The notes under the pieces: generated by a model
Told to the model about the DNA's origin: nothing
What the model saw: only the letters and a program-made list of their open reading frames with translations
Database searches by the model: none
NCBI GenBank assembly: GCA_905182105.1
Contig: CAJJAR010000014.1
Coordinates: 32,565 to 96,564 of the forward strand
Length of the DNA stretch: 64,000 nucleotides
Source: an uncultured Rhodobacteraceae bacterium
Lineage (GTDB): Bacteria > Pseudomonadota > Alphaproteobacteria > Rhodobacterales > Rhodobacteraceae
Direction of reading: 5' to 3'
Made by a program: the position numbers and the translations under genes
Part shown: piece after piece, positions 54,587-64,000 of the stretch
How positions within the stretch are numbered: the first letter of the stretch is position 1
Layout: each line of letters starts with the position of its first letter

Positions 54587-55762
54587 TTATATGTTTAGGG
54601 CAACCAGCCTTTGATAAAGCTTGGTAATTCCAACGGTGTCCAAATTGGCAAACGCAATGCGCAAATGCTGTGCACCTGTTGGATCGTCCGTTGGGCAAAA
54701 CATTGTTCCAGGAAGGCAAAGAATGCCAGCCTCTGACACCAGTCGCGGTGCCAAATCGGCGGATGAAATATCAAATGGATGCTTCATAAAGGCGAAATAT
54801 GCGCCTGCAGACTTAAGTTCCCAACCTTTGGCCGCCAATGCAGGAAAGACGGCCTTGATTGCATCGCAGCGTCTGATGATTTCGTTTCGCTCTTCAGCAA
54901 GCCAATCTGATAGATTTTCGAGCCCCCAAAGCGCAGCTGCTTGGCCAATTTGCCCTGGGCAGATTGCAACGGTGTCTAGAAATTTCTCAATTTCGCCCAA
55001 CCGCGCTTTGGATGTGATCAATGCGCCAACACGGTGGCCCGTAAGGCGGAATGCTTTTGAGAATGAATAGAGGTGGATGAAGGTGTCTAATGCATTTGGC
55101 TGGCTAAACAGCGCGTGTGGTGCGCCATCTTGGCTGTGATAGTCGCGGTAAGTTTCATCGACAATCAACGCAATACCATGTGCCTTTGCCAGTTCGTAGA
55201 AGTCTAGCAATAGTTCAGCGGGGTATTCAACGCCTGCAGGATTGTTTGGAGAGACCAGCGCAATTGCACGTGTGCGCGGAGTTATCAGTTTTGCAGCTTC
55301 GGCTGCACTTGGCAGCAACTTAGGGCCCGCGGGTAAGGGAACGGATGTAACGCCAGAAATATCTAACCACATTTTATGATTAAAATACCATGGGGTTGGG
55401 AGGATCACCTCATCTCCCTCAGCGCAAAGCGATGAAATGGCGGCGGCGAATGCCTGATTGCAGCCAGAGGTGATTGCGACGTTATCGGCTGTTACTGCAC
55501 TATCATAATGTGTGGTTGTTTTTATTGCCAACGCTTGGCGCAATGCAGCATTGCCAAGCACAGGACCATAAAGATGAGCGCTATCGTCGTTTAGTGCAGC
55601 ATCTGCCATTGCTTGGCGAAGTTCTTTCACAGGCGGATCAACGGGAGCCGCCTGTGAAACGTTGATTAAGGGCCTATCAGCAGGATGTATGACACCTTCT
55701 AACCAACGCCGTGCCTCCATTACTGGAGGAAAGAAGGTAGCGCTGGTGCGTGTCTTGGTCAT
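54587..55762 (-). CDS. Class I/II PLP aminotransferase
   Basis: SPNNPAG, DETY and SFSKAFRLTGHRVG. Confidence 0.92.
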   Translation of the reverse strand: MTKTRTSATFFPPVMEARRWLEGVIHPADRPLINVSQAAPVDPPVKELRQAMADAALNDDSAHLYGPVLGNAALRQALAIKTTTHYDSAVTADNVAITSGCNQAFAAAISSLCAEGDEVILPTPWYFNHKMWLDISGVTSVPLPAGPKLLPSAAEAAKLITPRTRAIALVSPNNPAGVEYPAELLLDFYELAKAHGIALIVDETYRDYHSQDGAPHALFSQPNALDTFIHLYSFSKAFRLTGHRVGALITSKARLGEIEKFLDTVAICPGQIGQAAALWGLENLSDWLAEERNEIIRRCDAIKAVFPALAAKGWELKSAGAYFAFMKHPFDISSADLAPRLVSEAGILCLPGTMFCPTDDPTGAQHLRIAFANLDTVGITKLYQRLVALNI

Positions 55763-55779
55763 TTGGTGGCCTATTTGGT

Positions 55780-56283
55780 TCAGTCTGTTCCGCGGTACGG
55801 TTCAACGTATTGAAGCGCCATGTCCCAAGGGAAGAAAATCCATGTGTCTTGGGACACACCCGTGATGAAGGTGTCGACCTGTGGTTCGCCTTTTGGTTTT
55901 GCATAAACAGTAGCAAAATGCGCCTTGGGATAAAGGGCACGAACAACTTCTAGAGTTTTACCACTGTCGACCAAATCGTCGATGATCAGGATTCCGGTGC
56001 CGTCACCCATCATGCCTGCGTCAGGGTGCTTCAGAACTTTGGCGTCCAATTGATCTTGGTGATCATAGCTTTTGATACTGATAGTATCGACTGTACGCAC
56101 ATCCAACTCGCGCGCGATGATCATAGCAGGAGCCATGCCACCACGTGTGATCGCGACAATTGCACGCCATGCGCCGTCATCAGGCCCTTTGCCATCCAAG
56201 CGCCAAGCAAGCGCACGGCTGTCTCGGTGGATTTGATCCCAGCTGATATGGAACCCTTTTTCGTGAGGCAAGCGATCTGACAT
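55780..56283 (-). CDS. gpt: Xanthine-guanine phosphoribosyltransferase
   Basis: [16 protein letters not shown] and [10 protein letters not shown]. Confidence 0.95.
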   Translation of the reverse strand: MSDRLPHEKGFHISWDQIHRDSRALAWRLDGKGPDDGAWRAIVAITRGGMAPAMIIARELDVRTVDTISIKSYDHQDQLDAKVLKHPDAGMMGDGTGILIIDDLVDSGKTLEVVRALYPKAHFATVYAKPKGEPQVDTFITGVSQDTWIFFPWDMALQYVEPYRGTD

Positions 56284-56352
56284 AGTCTACATCCTAATAG
56301 CAAATTGAAGCCGAACCATTGAATTTTATAAATGGTTTGGAAGAAATTGTAA

Positions 56353-57159
56353 TTAGTCTTTGCTCATATCCGGAGCATCGACAGCTTTCATACCAACAAC
56401 ATGGTAACCTGCATCAACGTGAAGGTTTTCACCTGTCGTACCTGAGCCAAGGTCTGACAGTAGATACAGTGCAGATTTACCAACGTCGTCGATTGTCACG
56501 TTGCGACGTAGTGGAGAATTGTATTCGTTCCATTTCATAATGTAACGGAAATCGCCAATTCCGGACGCAGCCAATGTTTTGATTGGGCCTGCGGAAATCG
56601 CGTTTACGCGAATGCCGTCTTTACCTAAATCTTCAGCTAAGTACTTAACGGAGGCTTCAAGTGCGGCCTTGGCCACGCCCATTACATTATAATGAGGCAT
56701 CACTTGCTCCGCGCCGTAGTATGTGAGGGTGAGGGCGCTGCCGCCATCGGTCATCATTTTCTCAGCGCGCTGCATGATTGCAGTGAACGAGTAGACCGAA
56801 ATATCCATTGTCATTACAAAGTTGTCACGGCTTGTGTCTACATAACGACCGCGCAATTCTTTTTTGTCTGAAAAGCCAATAGCGTGAACAACAAAATCTA
56901 ACTGACCCCAATGTTCTTTCAGGCTGTCGAACAATGCATCCATTGAGGTCGCGTCGCTAACGTCACACGGTAGAACGATTTTGCTGCCCAATTGAGCGGC
57001 CAATGGATCAACACGTTTTTTCAACGCATCGCCTTGATATGAAAAGGCAAGTTCAGCACCAGCATCAGCACATGCTTTCGCAATGCCCCACGCGATGGAC
57101 TTATCGTTGGCTAGACCCATTATAAGGCCGCGTTTTCCGGCCATTAGGTTGTTTGACAT
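56353..57159 (-). CDS. fabI: Enoyl-ACP reductase
   Basis: GLANDKSIAWGIA, YNVMGVAKAALE and SAGPIKTLAA. Confidence 0.97.
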   Translation of the reverse strand: MSNNLMAGKRGLIMGLANDKSIAWGIAKACADAGAELAFSYQGDALKKRVDPLAAQLGSKIVLPCDVSDATSMDALFDSLKEHWGQLDFVVHAIGFSDKKELRGRYVDTSRDNFVMTMDISVYSFTAIMQRAEKMMTDGGSALTLTYYGAEQVMPHYNVMGVAKAALEASVKYLAEDLGKDGIRVNAISAGPIKTLAASGIGDFRYIMKWNEYNSPLRRNVTIDDVGKSALYLLSDLGSGTTGENLHVDAGYHVVGMKAVDAPDMSKD

Positions 57160-57319
57160 GCTCAGTCCCTCGCAAAGTTTTAAATTTTTTCTTTTCGACG
57201 TTTAGGCGATTGCGCAACGTGCATCAAGGTATCGTGGCATTAGAGAGTTGGCCAACTACTAATCTTGCCCTAGCTTATGGTCTAACAAACAACAACCTCA
57301 GCATTGTTTAGGAAAATCG

Positions 57320-57937
57320 ATGACCGACCAAAACCCAGTATCTACTGGAAAATTCGCAGGCCAAGATCCGTTCGTTATTGCCCAGGAATGGCTAAAAGAA
57401 GCTGAGGCCGCAGAACTGAATGATCCTAACGCAATTGCACTGTCCACAGTCGATTCCAGCGGAATGCCAAACGTGCGGATGGTTCTACTAAAAGGCGTCG
57501 AGGAAGATGCATTTGTCTTCTACACCAACTACGAAAGCGCCAAAGCCCAGGAAATTGACGGTGCGGGTAAGGTGGCATTCGTCATGCATTGGAAATCTCT
57601 ACGCCGTCAAATTCGCGTACGCGGTACAGTAGTGAAAGAAGATGGTACGACTGCTGATGCTTACTTTCAATCAAGATCCTTAAAAAGTCGAATGGGTGCA
57701 TGGGCATCGAAGCAAAGTAGACCTTTAAAGAACCGCGCAACTTTACTGGCGGAAGTCGCAAAGATTACAGCAAAGCATGGCGCCAATCCGGAGAGACCCC
57801 CATTTTGGGGTGGGTATCGCATCTCTCCAACTGAGATAGAGTTCTGGGCAGATGGTGACTTTAGATTGCATGACCGTTTTGTTTGGCGTCGTGAAAATGA
57901 CGGTTCTGAGTGGACAGTAAGTCGTTTGAACCCATGA
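57320..57937 (+). CDS. pdxH: Pyridoxamine 5'-phosphate oxidase
   Basis: [20 protein letters not shown] and EFW....RLHDR. Confidence 0.96.
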   Translation: MTDQNPVSTGKFAGQDPFVIAQEWLKEAEAAELNDPNAIALSTVDSSGMPNVRMVLLKGVEEDAFVFYTNYESAKAQEIDGAGKVAFVMHWKSLRRQIRVRGTVVKEDGTTADAYFQSRSLKSRMGAWASKQSRPLKNRATLLAEVAKITAKHGANPERPPFWGGYRISPTEIEFWADGDFRLHDRFVWRRENDGSEWTVSRLNP

Positions 57938-58055
57938 ATTTCACGTATGGTGAAATACTATTAATTGATTTTAGTAAATTTTTTTGACTTGAAAAGGGAA
58001 GGGGGAATCGACCAAGACTGCGTTACGGCTTAGGCTGGGAATAGAAAGAGTAGTA

Positions 58056-58589
58056 GTGACCAACGAGATGAATGACATAGAACGCGTAACCGGATTGGTT
58101 AAGTGGTTTGATCCGGTTAAAGGATTTGGGTTTGTAGTATCTGATACAGGTGGCCCTGACATCTTGTTGCACGTCAATGTTCTTCGGAACTTTGGTCAAA
58201 ACTCGGTCGCGGACTCCTCTCGAATTGTAATTGATACTCAGAAGACAGATCGTGGTGCGCAAGCGTTAGAAGTTATTAGTTTGGAGCCACCTGTTGGCCT
58301 TGACGCTGAAATCTTTGGCGAGTTTTCTGAAATTGATATTCAAAACATCGAAAACGCACCGTTAGAGCCGGCCCGTGTTAAATGGTTCGACAAAGGCAAG
58401 GGCTTTGGATTCGCCAACCTTTTTGGTCAAGAAGACGACATATTTCTTCATCTCGAAGTTCTACGTCGTTCCGGCCTGTCTGATCTCCAACCAGGTGAGG
58501 CGTTAGCTATCAGAGTAATTGATGGAAAACGTGGTAAAATGGCTGTTGTTGTCCAGGCCTGGGAAACAGCACTGCAGAGCGCGAAGTAA
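58056..58589 (+). CDS. Tandem two-domain cold-shock protein
   Basis: Two CSDs: VKWFDPVKGFGFV...DILLH and VKWFDKGKGFGFA...DIFLH. Confidence 0.92.
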   Translation: MTNEMNDIERVTGLVKWFDPVKGFGFVVSDTGGPDILLHVNVLRNFGQNSVADSSRIVIDTQKTDRGAQALEVISLEPPVGLDAEIFGEFSEIDIQNIENAPLEPARVKWFDKGKGFGFANLFGQEDDIFLHLEVLRRSGLSDLQPGEALAIRVIDGKRGKMAVVVQAWETALQSAK

Positions 58590-59050
58590 TGGTTCGCGCG
58601 GCATTGGCACTCCTCCTTATCTGGGTGACATCCAATGCTGCGATCGCTTCCTGCCGCGAAGACACCGTTTACCTTCGTGGTGAATGGGGGCAGGCCAGAT
58701 TTTCGATAGAAATTGCAGATACACAATCATCTCAGCAAATTGGCTTAATGAATCGCCCTAGCATGCCTTTGGCAGCGGGAATGCTGTTCGTGTACGATTC
58801 TCCAAGCCCGCTTTCTTTCTGGATGAGAAACACCCTGATTCCGTTAGATATGCTGTTCATTAATTCTAAAGGAGTTGTTAGGCACATCCACCATATGGCA
58901 AAACCGCTAGATGAGACGCCGATTTATGGCGGAATAGGGATAGCGGTGCTTGAAATTAATGGTGGTTTAGCCAAATCTATGAGTATTTCCGTTGGAACGG
59001 AGCTGCGACATCAATCATTTGAAAAAGGTAACCCTTCTTGGTCGTGTTAG
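58589..59050 (+). CDS. DUF192 family exported protein
   Basis: EIAD......GLM.R, GMLFVY, FWMRNTLIPLDMLF and VLEINGG. Confidence 0.92.
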   Translation: MVRAALALLLIWVTSNAAIASCREDTVYLRGEWGQARFSIEIADTQSSQQIGLMNRPSMPLAAGMLFVYDSPSPLSFWMRNTLIPLDMLFINSKGVVRHIHHMAKPLDETPIYGGIGIAVLEINGGLAKSMSISVGTELRHQSFEKGNPSWSC

Positions 59051-59094
59051 GGGTTTTCAATCCCGATCACCTTGTCTAAAGAGAGCCTATGGTT

Positions 59095-59171
<77 letters not shown>

Positions 59172-59195
59172 TCAACACTAGTTCGACTAGGCAGC

Positions 59196-59225
59196 AAGGC
59201 GGCACTTTTTGTGCCGCCTTTTGTT
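59196..59225 (+). terminator. Hairpin after tRNA-Pro, probable terminator
   Basis: AAGGCGGCAC-TTTTT-GTGCCGCCTT then TTGTT. Confidence 0.6.
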
Positions 59226-59398
59226 GTTTCGGCACACGCATACATAATATAGCGGTAGGGTGATTCATAGGTCAGCACCGCACAAAGACTGAATTCAGGA
59301 CATTTTTATATGATTTTATATGTAGCAAATCTTGGGTTGTGACCTTTTTGCTGTGACACAAATTGTGGCTGGCTATTAAAACAGTTATCTTTTTAACC

Positions 59399-59407
59399 TG
59401 TGGATAA
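59399..59407. promoter_or_regulatory. Perfect DnaA box upstream of nrdJ
   Basis: TGTGGATAA (reverse complement of TTATCCACA). Confidence 0.55.
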
Positions 59408-59612
59408 CTTAAGAAATGACTTCACCTTTTTGCTCTAAATTAGCCAATACTCTCAATAAAACTCGATCACTCATTCGTTAACCTTTTTGATAACGACTGG
59501 GGACAGTTTTTGTATGAATCAATTGTTCCCTAAACCGTCGTTCGCGTCTAAATTGGTCAAGCCCCTAATCAACAAAAAAATCATAAAAATTGCGTTGACC
59601 AACTAGGCTCAA

Positions 59613-59659
59613 ATACGCCAAGTTGTGCATTAAGTCAGAGGCACCACTAGATTTAGTGT
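59613..59659. promoter_or_regulatory. NrdR box pair overlapping the nrdJ promoter
   Basis: Strong box CCACTAGATTTAGTGT (59644-59) against consensus acaCwAtATaTwGtgt; weak box ATACGCCAAGTTGTGC 31 bp upstream; TTGACC -35-like element at 59595. Confidence 0.7.
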
Positions 59660-59836
59660 ATAAAAGCTAAAGCGTGCATATCGCGTGAAATCGGAGATCG
59701 GCGTTAGGTCGATTGAATTTTGGTTGGATTTGGCAGTGCCGGGACCACCATTCATTTCACTCATTCTGCTGTGAGTGCGGTAGCTCTTCTTTGGGTTGAG
59801 TTCGTTATTAGAATTGTTGGATTATAGGGTAGCGAA

Positions 59837-62800
59837 ATGAAAATAGAACGTAAATTTACGATAGCAGGAAAAGATGCTTATGCGTCTTTAGATTTTATCA
59901 CGACGGTTTCTGAGATCCGCAACCCGGATGGGACAATTGTGTTTCACCTCGACAACGTTGAAGTGCCAAACAGCTGGAGCCAAGTTGCCAGCGATGTGAT
60001 TGCGCAAAAGTACTTCCGCAAAGCTGGTGTTCCGTCGAGTCTGAAGAAAGTAAAAGAGAAGGACGTTCCTGAGTTTCTTTGGCGCTCTGTCCCTGATGGT
60101 GACGAGGTTGAGTTTGGTGGCGAAACTTCTTCTAAACAAGTTTTTGATCGCCTTGCTGGTGCATGGACTTACTGGGGCTGGAAAGGTGGCTACTTCACCA
60201 CTGAAGCAGACGCGCAGTCATATTACGATGAAATGCGCTATATGTTGGCGTCTCAACGTTCTGCGCCAAACTCCCCACAGTGGTTTAACACTGGTCTGCA
60301 CTGGGCCTATGGTATCGATGGTCCGGCCCAAGGGCACCATTACGTAGACTACCAAACCGGTGTTTTGACAAAATCGACTTCCTCATACGAACACCCACAG
60401 CCGCACGCCTGCTTTATCCAATCTGTCTCTGACGATCTGGTGAATGATGGTGGCATCATGGACCTTTGGGTTCGTGAGGCGCGTTTGTTCAAATATGGTT
60501 CGGGCACAGGCACGAACTTCTCATCCTTGCGCGGGGCAGGCGAAAACCTATCTGGTGGTGGTAAATCATCCGGTTTGATGGGATTCTTGAAAATTGGTGA
60601 CCGCGCAGCTGGTGCGATTAAATCAGGTGGCACAACACGTCGCGCTGCTAAAATGGTTATCGTTGATGCAGATCACCCCGATATCCAAGACTTTATCAAT
60701 TGGAAAGTTATCGAAGAGCAGAAAGTGGCGTCTATCGTTGCTGGCTCTAAGATGCACGAACAGAAGTTGAACGCGATCTTTGCAGCGATTAAAGCATGGG
60801 ACGGCGCAGTTGCCGATGCTTATGAACCAAAGGTTAACCCACAGCTAAAAGAAGCGGTGCGTGATGCAAAAAAAGTAGCGATCCCAGAAACATACGTCAA
60901 ACGCGTGTTGGATTATGCAAAACAGGGTCACACTTCCATTGAATTTCCAACATACGACACCGATTGGGATTCCGAGGCGTACTCATCCGTTTCAGGACAA
61001 AACTCTAACAACTCGATCCGCGTGACAAACGCGTTCCTGACTGCTGTTGATAAAGACGCAGATTGGGAGTTGATCAACCGTAAAGACGGTAAGGTCACAA
61101 AAACCATCAAAGCACGTGACTTGTGGGAACAGGTTGGGCACGCTGCATGGGCTTGTGCCGATCCGGGCATCCAATACCACGACACTGTAAACGAATGGCA
61201 CACTTGTCCAGAAGATGGCGCGATCCGCGGATCGAACCCATGTTCTGAATACATGTTCCTTGATGATACGGCCTGCAATTTGGCTTCTATGAACTTGTTG
61301 ACTTTCCTTAAGGACGGTGAGTTCCAGATCGAAGATTACATGCACACTGCGCGCTTGTGGACAGTGACATTGGAAATCTCCGTAATGATGGCGCAATTCC
61401 CATCAAAAGAGATCGCGCAGCGCTCTTACGACTTCCGAACTTTGGGTTTGGGCTATGCAAACATTGGCGGTTTACTGATGAACATGGGTTATTCATACGA
61501 CAGTGACGAAGGCCGAGCGCTTTGTGGTGCTTTGACAGCTGTCATGACTGGTGTTGCATACGCAACTTCCGCTGAGATGGCGGGCGAATTGGGCGCGTTC
61601 TCTGGCTACAAGAAAAACGAAGAGCACATGTTGCGTGTTATGCGTAACCACCGCAACGCGGCTTACGGCGCTGTGGATGGATATGAAGCACTAGCAGTTA
61701 AGCCAGTACCTTTGGATCACGCCAACTGCCCAGATACACGCTTAATCGATATGGCAATGTCCACTTGGGACGAAGCCTTGCGGCTTGGTGAAAAGCACGG
61801 TTACCGCAACGCACAGACTTCGGTTATTGCCCCGACAGGTACAATCGGTTTGGTCATGGATTGCGATACAACAGGGATCGAGCCAGACTTTGCTTTGGTG
61901 AAATTCAAGAAATTGGCTGGTGGGGGCTACTTTAAGATCATCAACCAATCCGTTCCAGCAGCATTAGAAAAGCAGGGTTACGGTTCTGCGCAAATCGAAG
62001 AAATCGTTGCTTATGCAGTTGGACACGGTTCCATTGGTAATGCGCCAGGGATCAATCACACCACATTGGCAGGTCATGGTTTTGGTCCAAATGAGTTGGC
62101 TAAAGTTGACGCGGCACTAGAAAGTGCCTTCGACATTCGCTTTGTGTTCAACCAGTGGACTTTGGGCGAAGAGTTCTGCACCCAAGTTCTGGGCATCCCA
62201 ACGGCTAAGCTGAACGATCCAACATTCGATTTGTTGAAATCGCTAGGTTTCTCCAAATCTGATGTAGACGCTGCAAACAACCACGTGTGTGGGACAATGA
62301 CCGTGGAGGGTGCACCGCACCTGAGAGAAGAACACTACAGCATTTTCGATTGTGCTAATCCATGTGGTAAAACTGGCAAACGCTATCTGTCTGTCAACAG
62401 TCACATCTACATGATGGCTGCAGCGCAATCGTTTATCTCCGGTGCGATCTCTAAAACGATCAACATGCCTAATGACGCGACAATTGAAGACTGCCAAAAG
62501 GCCTATGAATTGTCATGGTCTTTGGGTGTGAAAGCAAATGCGTTATACCGCGATGGTTCCAAACTATCCCAACCACTTGCGGCATCCTTGGTAGAAGATG
62601 ACGAAGACGCACAAGAAATCTTCGAGAGCGGTTCAAATCACGAAAAAGCAACTGTTCTTGCGGAGAAGATCGTTGAGAAAATCATCGTCAAAGAGATCAT
62701 CAAATCGCACCGCGAAAAAATGCCTCAGCGTCGCAAGGGTTATACGCAGAAAGCCAACGTCGGGGGCCACAAGGTCTACCTGCGTACGGGCGAATATGAA

Positions 62801-63508
62801 GATGGCAATCTTGGTGAAATCTTTATTGATATGCACAAAGAGGGTGCAGGTTTCCGTGCAATGATGAACAACTTCGCAATCGCGGTTTCTGTCGGTCTTC
62901 AGTACGGCGTGCCACTTGAAGAGTTCGTTGATGCCTTCACATTCACCAAGTTCGAGCCAGCAGGCATGGTCCAAGGCAACGACAGCATCAAATCTGCAAC
63001 GTCGATCCTTGATTACATCTTCCGCGAATTGGCCGTGTCTTACCTAGATCGTACCGATCTGGCCCATGTCCAACCTGAAGGAGCGTCTTTCGACAGCCTA
63101 GGCAGCGGTGAGCAAACTGGTTCAAGCAATGTGTCGGAAGTTTCGGGCACAACGGCGAACAAGTCATTGGAAGTGCTAAAACAAATCAGCTCTACAGGTT
63201 ATTTGCGCAAGCGTTTGCCACAAGACCTTGTTGTTTTGCAGGGCGGTATGGCTGATGCAAATGCACAGTTTTCTGACGTTGATCCGGTTGGTTCCCTTCA
63301 AACGCTGGTTCCAGAAGGGTCGACTGCTGTTTCAGTGGGATCTAGCACTGCGATCAGCAGTGGTGGCGTAGCTATGGACGCGCGGGTCAAAGCCAAAATG
63401 CAGGGCTATGAAGGCGAAGCTTGTGGCGAATGCGGTAACTATACTTTGGTGCGCAACGGTACGTGCATGAAGTGTAACACATGCGGCGGCACATCCGGCT
63501 GTAGCTAA
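59837..63508 (+). CDS. nrdJ: Vitamin B12-dependent (class II) ribonucleotide reductase
   Basis: [21 protein letters not shown] active site, [16 protein letters not shown] and C-terminal CxxC...CxxC; no intein. Confidence 0.97.
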   Translation: MKIERKFTIAGKDAYASLDFITTVSEIRNPDGTIVFHLDNVEVPNSWSQVASDVIAQKYFRKAGVPSSLKKVKEKDVPEFLWRSVPDGDEVEFGGETSSKQVFDRLAGAWTYWGWKGGYFTTEADAQSYYDEMRYMLASQRSAPNSPQWFNTGLHWAYGIDGPAQGHHYVDYQTGVLTKSTSSYEHPQPHACFIQSVSDDLVNDGGIMDLWVREARLFKYGSGTGTNFSSLRGAGENLSGGGKSSGLMGFLKIGDRAAGAIKSGGTTRRAAKMVIVDADHPDIQDFINWKVIEEQKVASIVAGSKMHEQKLNAIFAAIKAWDGAVADAYEPKVNPQLKEAVRDAKKVAIPETYVKRVLDYAKQGHTSIEFPTYDTDWDSEAYSSVSGQNSNNSIRVTNAFLTAVDKDADWELINRKDGKVTKTIKARDLWEQVGHAAWACADPGIQYHDTVNEWHTCPEDGAIRGSNPCSEYMFLDDTACNLASMNLLTFLKDGEFQIEDYMHTARLWTVTLEISVMMAQFPSKEIAQRSYDFRTLGLGYANIGGLLMNMGYSYDSDEGRALCGALTAVMTGVAYATSAEMAGELGAFSGYKKNEEHMLRVMRNHRNAAYGAVDGYEALAVKPVPLDHANCPDTRLIDMAMSTWDEALRLGEKHGYRNAQTSVIAPTGTIGLVMDCDTTGIEPDFALVKFKKLAGGGYFKIINQSVPAALEKQGYGSAQIEEIVAYAVGHGSIGNAPGINHTTLAGHGFGPNELAKVDAALESAFDIRFVFNQWTLGEEFCTQVLGIPTAKLNDPTFDLLKSLGFSKSDVDAANNHVCGTMTVEGAPHLREEHYSIFDCANPCGKTGKRYLSVNSHIYMMAAAQSFISGAISKTINMPNDATIEDCQKAYELSWSLGVKANALYRDGSKLSQPLAASLVEDDEDAQEIFESGSNHEKATVLAEKIVEKIIVKEIIKSHREKMPQRRKGYTQKANVGGHKVYLRTGEYEDGNLGEIFIDMHKEGAGFRAMMNNFAIAVSVGLQYGVPLEEFVDAFTFTKFEPAGMVQGNDSIKSATSILDYIFRELAVSYLDRTDLAHVQPEGASFDSLGSGEQTGSSNVSEVSGTTANKSLEVLKQISSTGYLRKRLPQDLVVLQGGMADANAQFSDVDPVGSLQTLVPEGSTAVSVGSSTAISSGGVAMDARVKAKMQGYEGEACGECGNYTLVRNGTCMKCNTCGGTSGCS

Positions 63509-63612
63509 GATATTAAGAATCTGGGGCGGGTGCGCTCGCCCCTGACGCTGACTGAGCCACAGGCATAAAACAAATAGAGCGGTATTCATAATTGAGCTCA
63601 GTAAGCGAACCT

Positions 63613-63640
63613 AGGGGCACCGACGCGGTGCCCCTTTTTT
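63613..63640 (+). terminator. Rho-independent terminator downstream of nrdJ
   Basis: GGGGCACCG-ACG-CGGTGCCCC-T6. Confidence 0.85.
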
Positions 63641-63654
63641 ATTGACCTCAACGG

Positions 63655-64000
63655 TTAGAAATCGAATTTGAGTTGGCGTGATGACCCAAGCATATTGATT
63701 TTAGCGCCCATGACGGCTTCAGCCTTTAGCACGACCTCAGCAGCTGCGTGGGCATCTTCGCCTGCATCATGGTGGCGAAACTTTAACCCAAGTGCAGTTT
63801 TTAGATGTCCTAAGCCATGGCCACCATTGCCTTTAAACTCAGGCCACGCTTTGCGGGCGATTTTGACGCTGTCGAACCACACTGACTTTAAGATAGGTTG
63901 CTGGGTCAGTTTGCAGGCAGCATCGAAGGCCTTTTCATCAAATCGACTGTGTTGAACAAGGGGATGTGTTTCCATTGTTTGGCGCAACTGGGGCAGCATT
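63655..64000 (-). CDS. DEDDh 3'-5' exonuclease (DNA pol III epsilon-like), 5'-truncated by the window edge
   Basis: VQHSRFD, WFDSVKIARKAWP and HHDAGEDA ExoII/III motifs. Confidence 0.85.
   Translation of the reverse strand, partial: MLPQLRQTMETHPLVQHSRFDEKAFDAACKLTQQPILKSVWFDSVKIARKAWPEFKGNGGHGLGHLKTALGLKFRHHDAGEDAHAAAEVVLKAEAVMGAKINMLGSSRQLKFDF

Noticed and set aside
59660-59836. Cobalamin riboswitch upstream of nrdJ
   Set aside because: The conserved GGGAA...GCCCCCGCAACTGT / AGYCAGRANACC core elements are not visible.

Overview
A chromosomal core region of a marine Rhodobacteraceae (Roseobacter-group) alphaproteobacterium, judged from gene order and protein style. It carries about 50 intact housekeeping genes (tatABC, nlpD-pcm-surE, purF-cvpA-radA, mlaEF-alr-dnaB, pyrE-pyrC, coxD/coxE-like pair, purL, LsrB-like LysR, fused indolepyruvate:ferredoxin oxidoreductase, murI-argC-ccmEFH, gltA-gltX, lexA-moeA-moaC-trpCDG, trpE-ppiD, gpt-fabI, pdxH, tRNA-Pro, class II nrdJ). 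I found no IS, prophage, integrase, intein or CRISPR array. The main unexplained structure is a set of accessory genes carrying several stops, frameshifts or deletions while their neighbours are intact: comEC, the GTA-type GH108 endolysin, a membrane 'DNA repair' hypothetical, the hypothetical upstream of pyrC, and an RTX gene with two related small ORFs. Several of these are known or plausible members of the CtrA/gene-transfer-agent/competence programme, which suggests regulon-wide decay (inference). Non-coding signals include an 83-nt two-hairpin anti-SD sRNA candidate (SorY-like) behind the LysR gene, a perfect operator palindrome in front of a WYL regulator, a LexA box, NrdR boxes and DnaA boxes. 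All family assignments come from motif recognition, not database searches.
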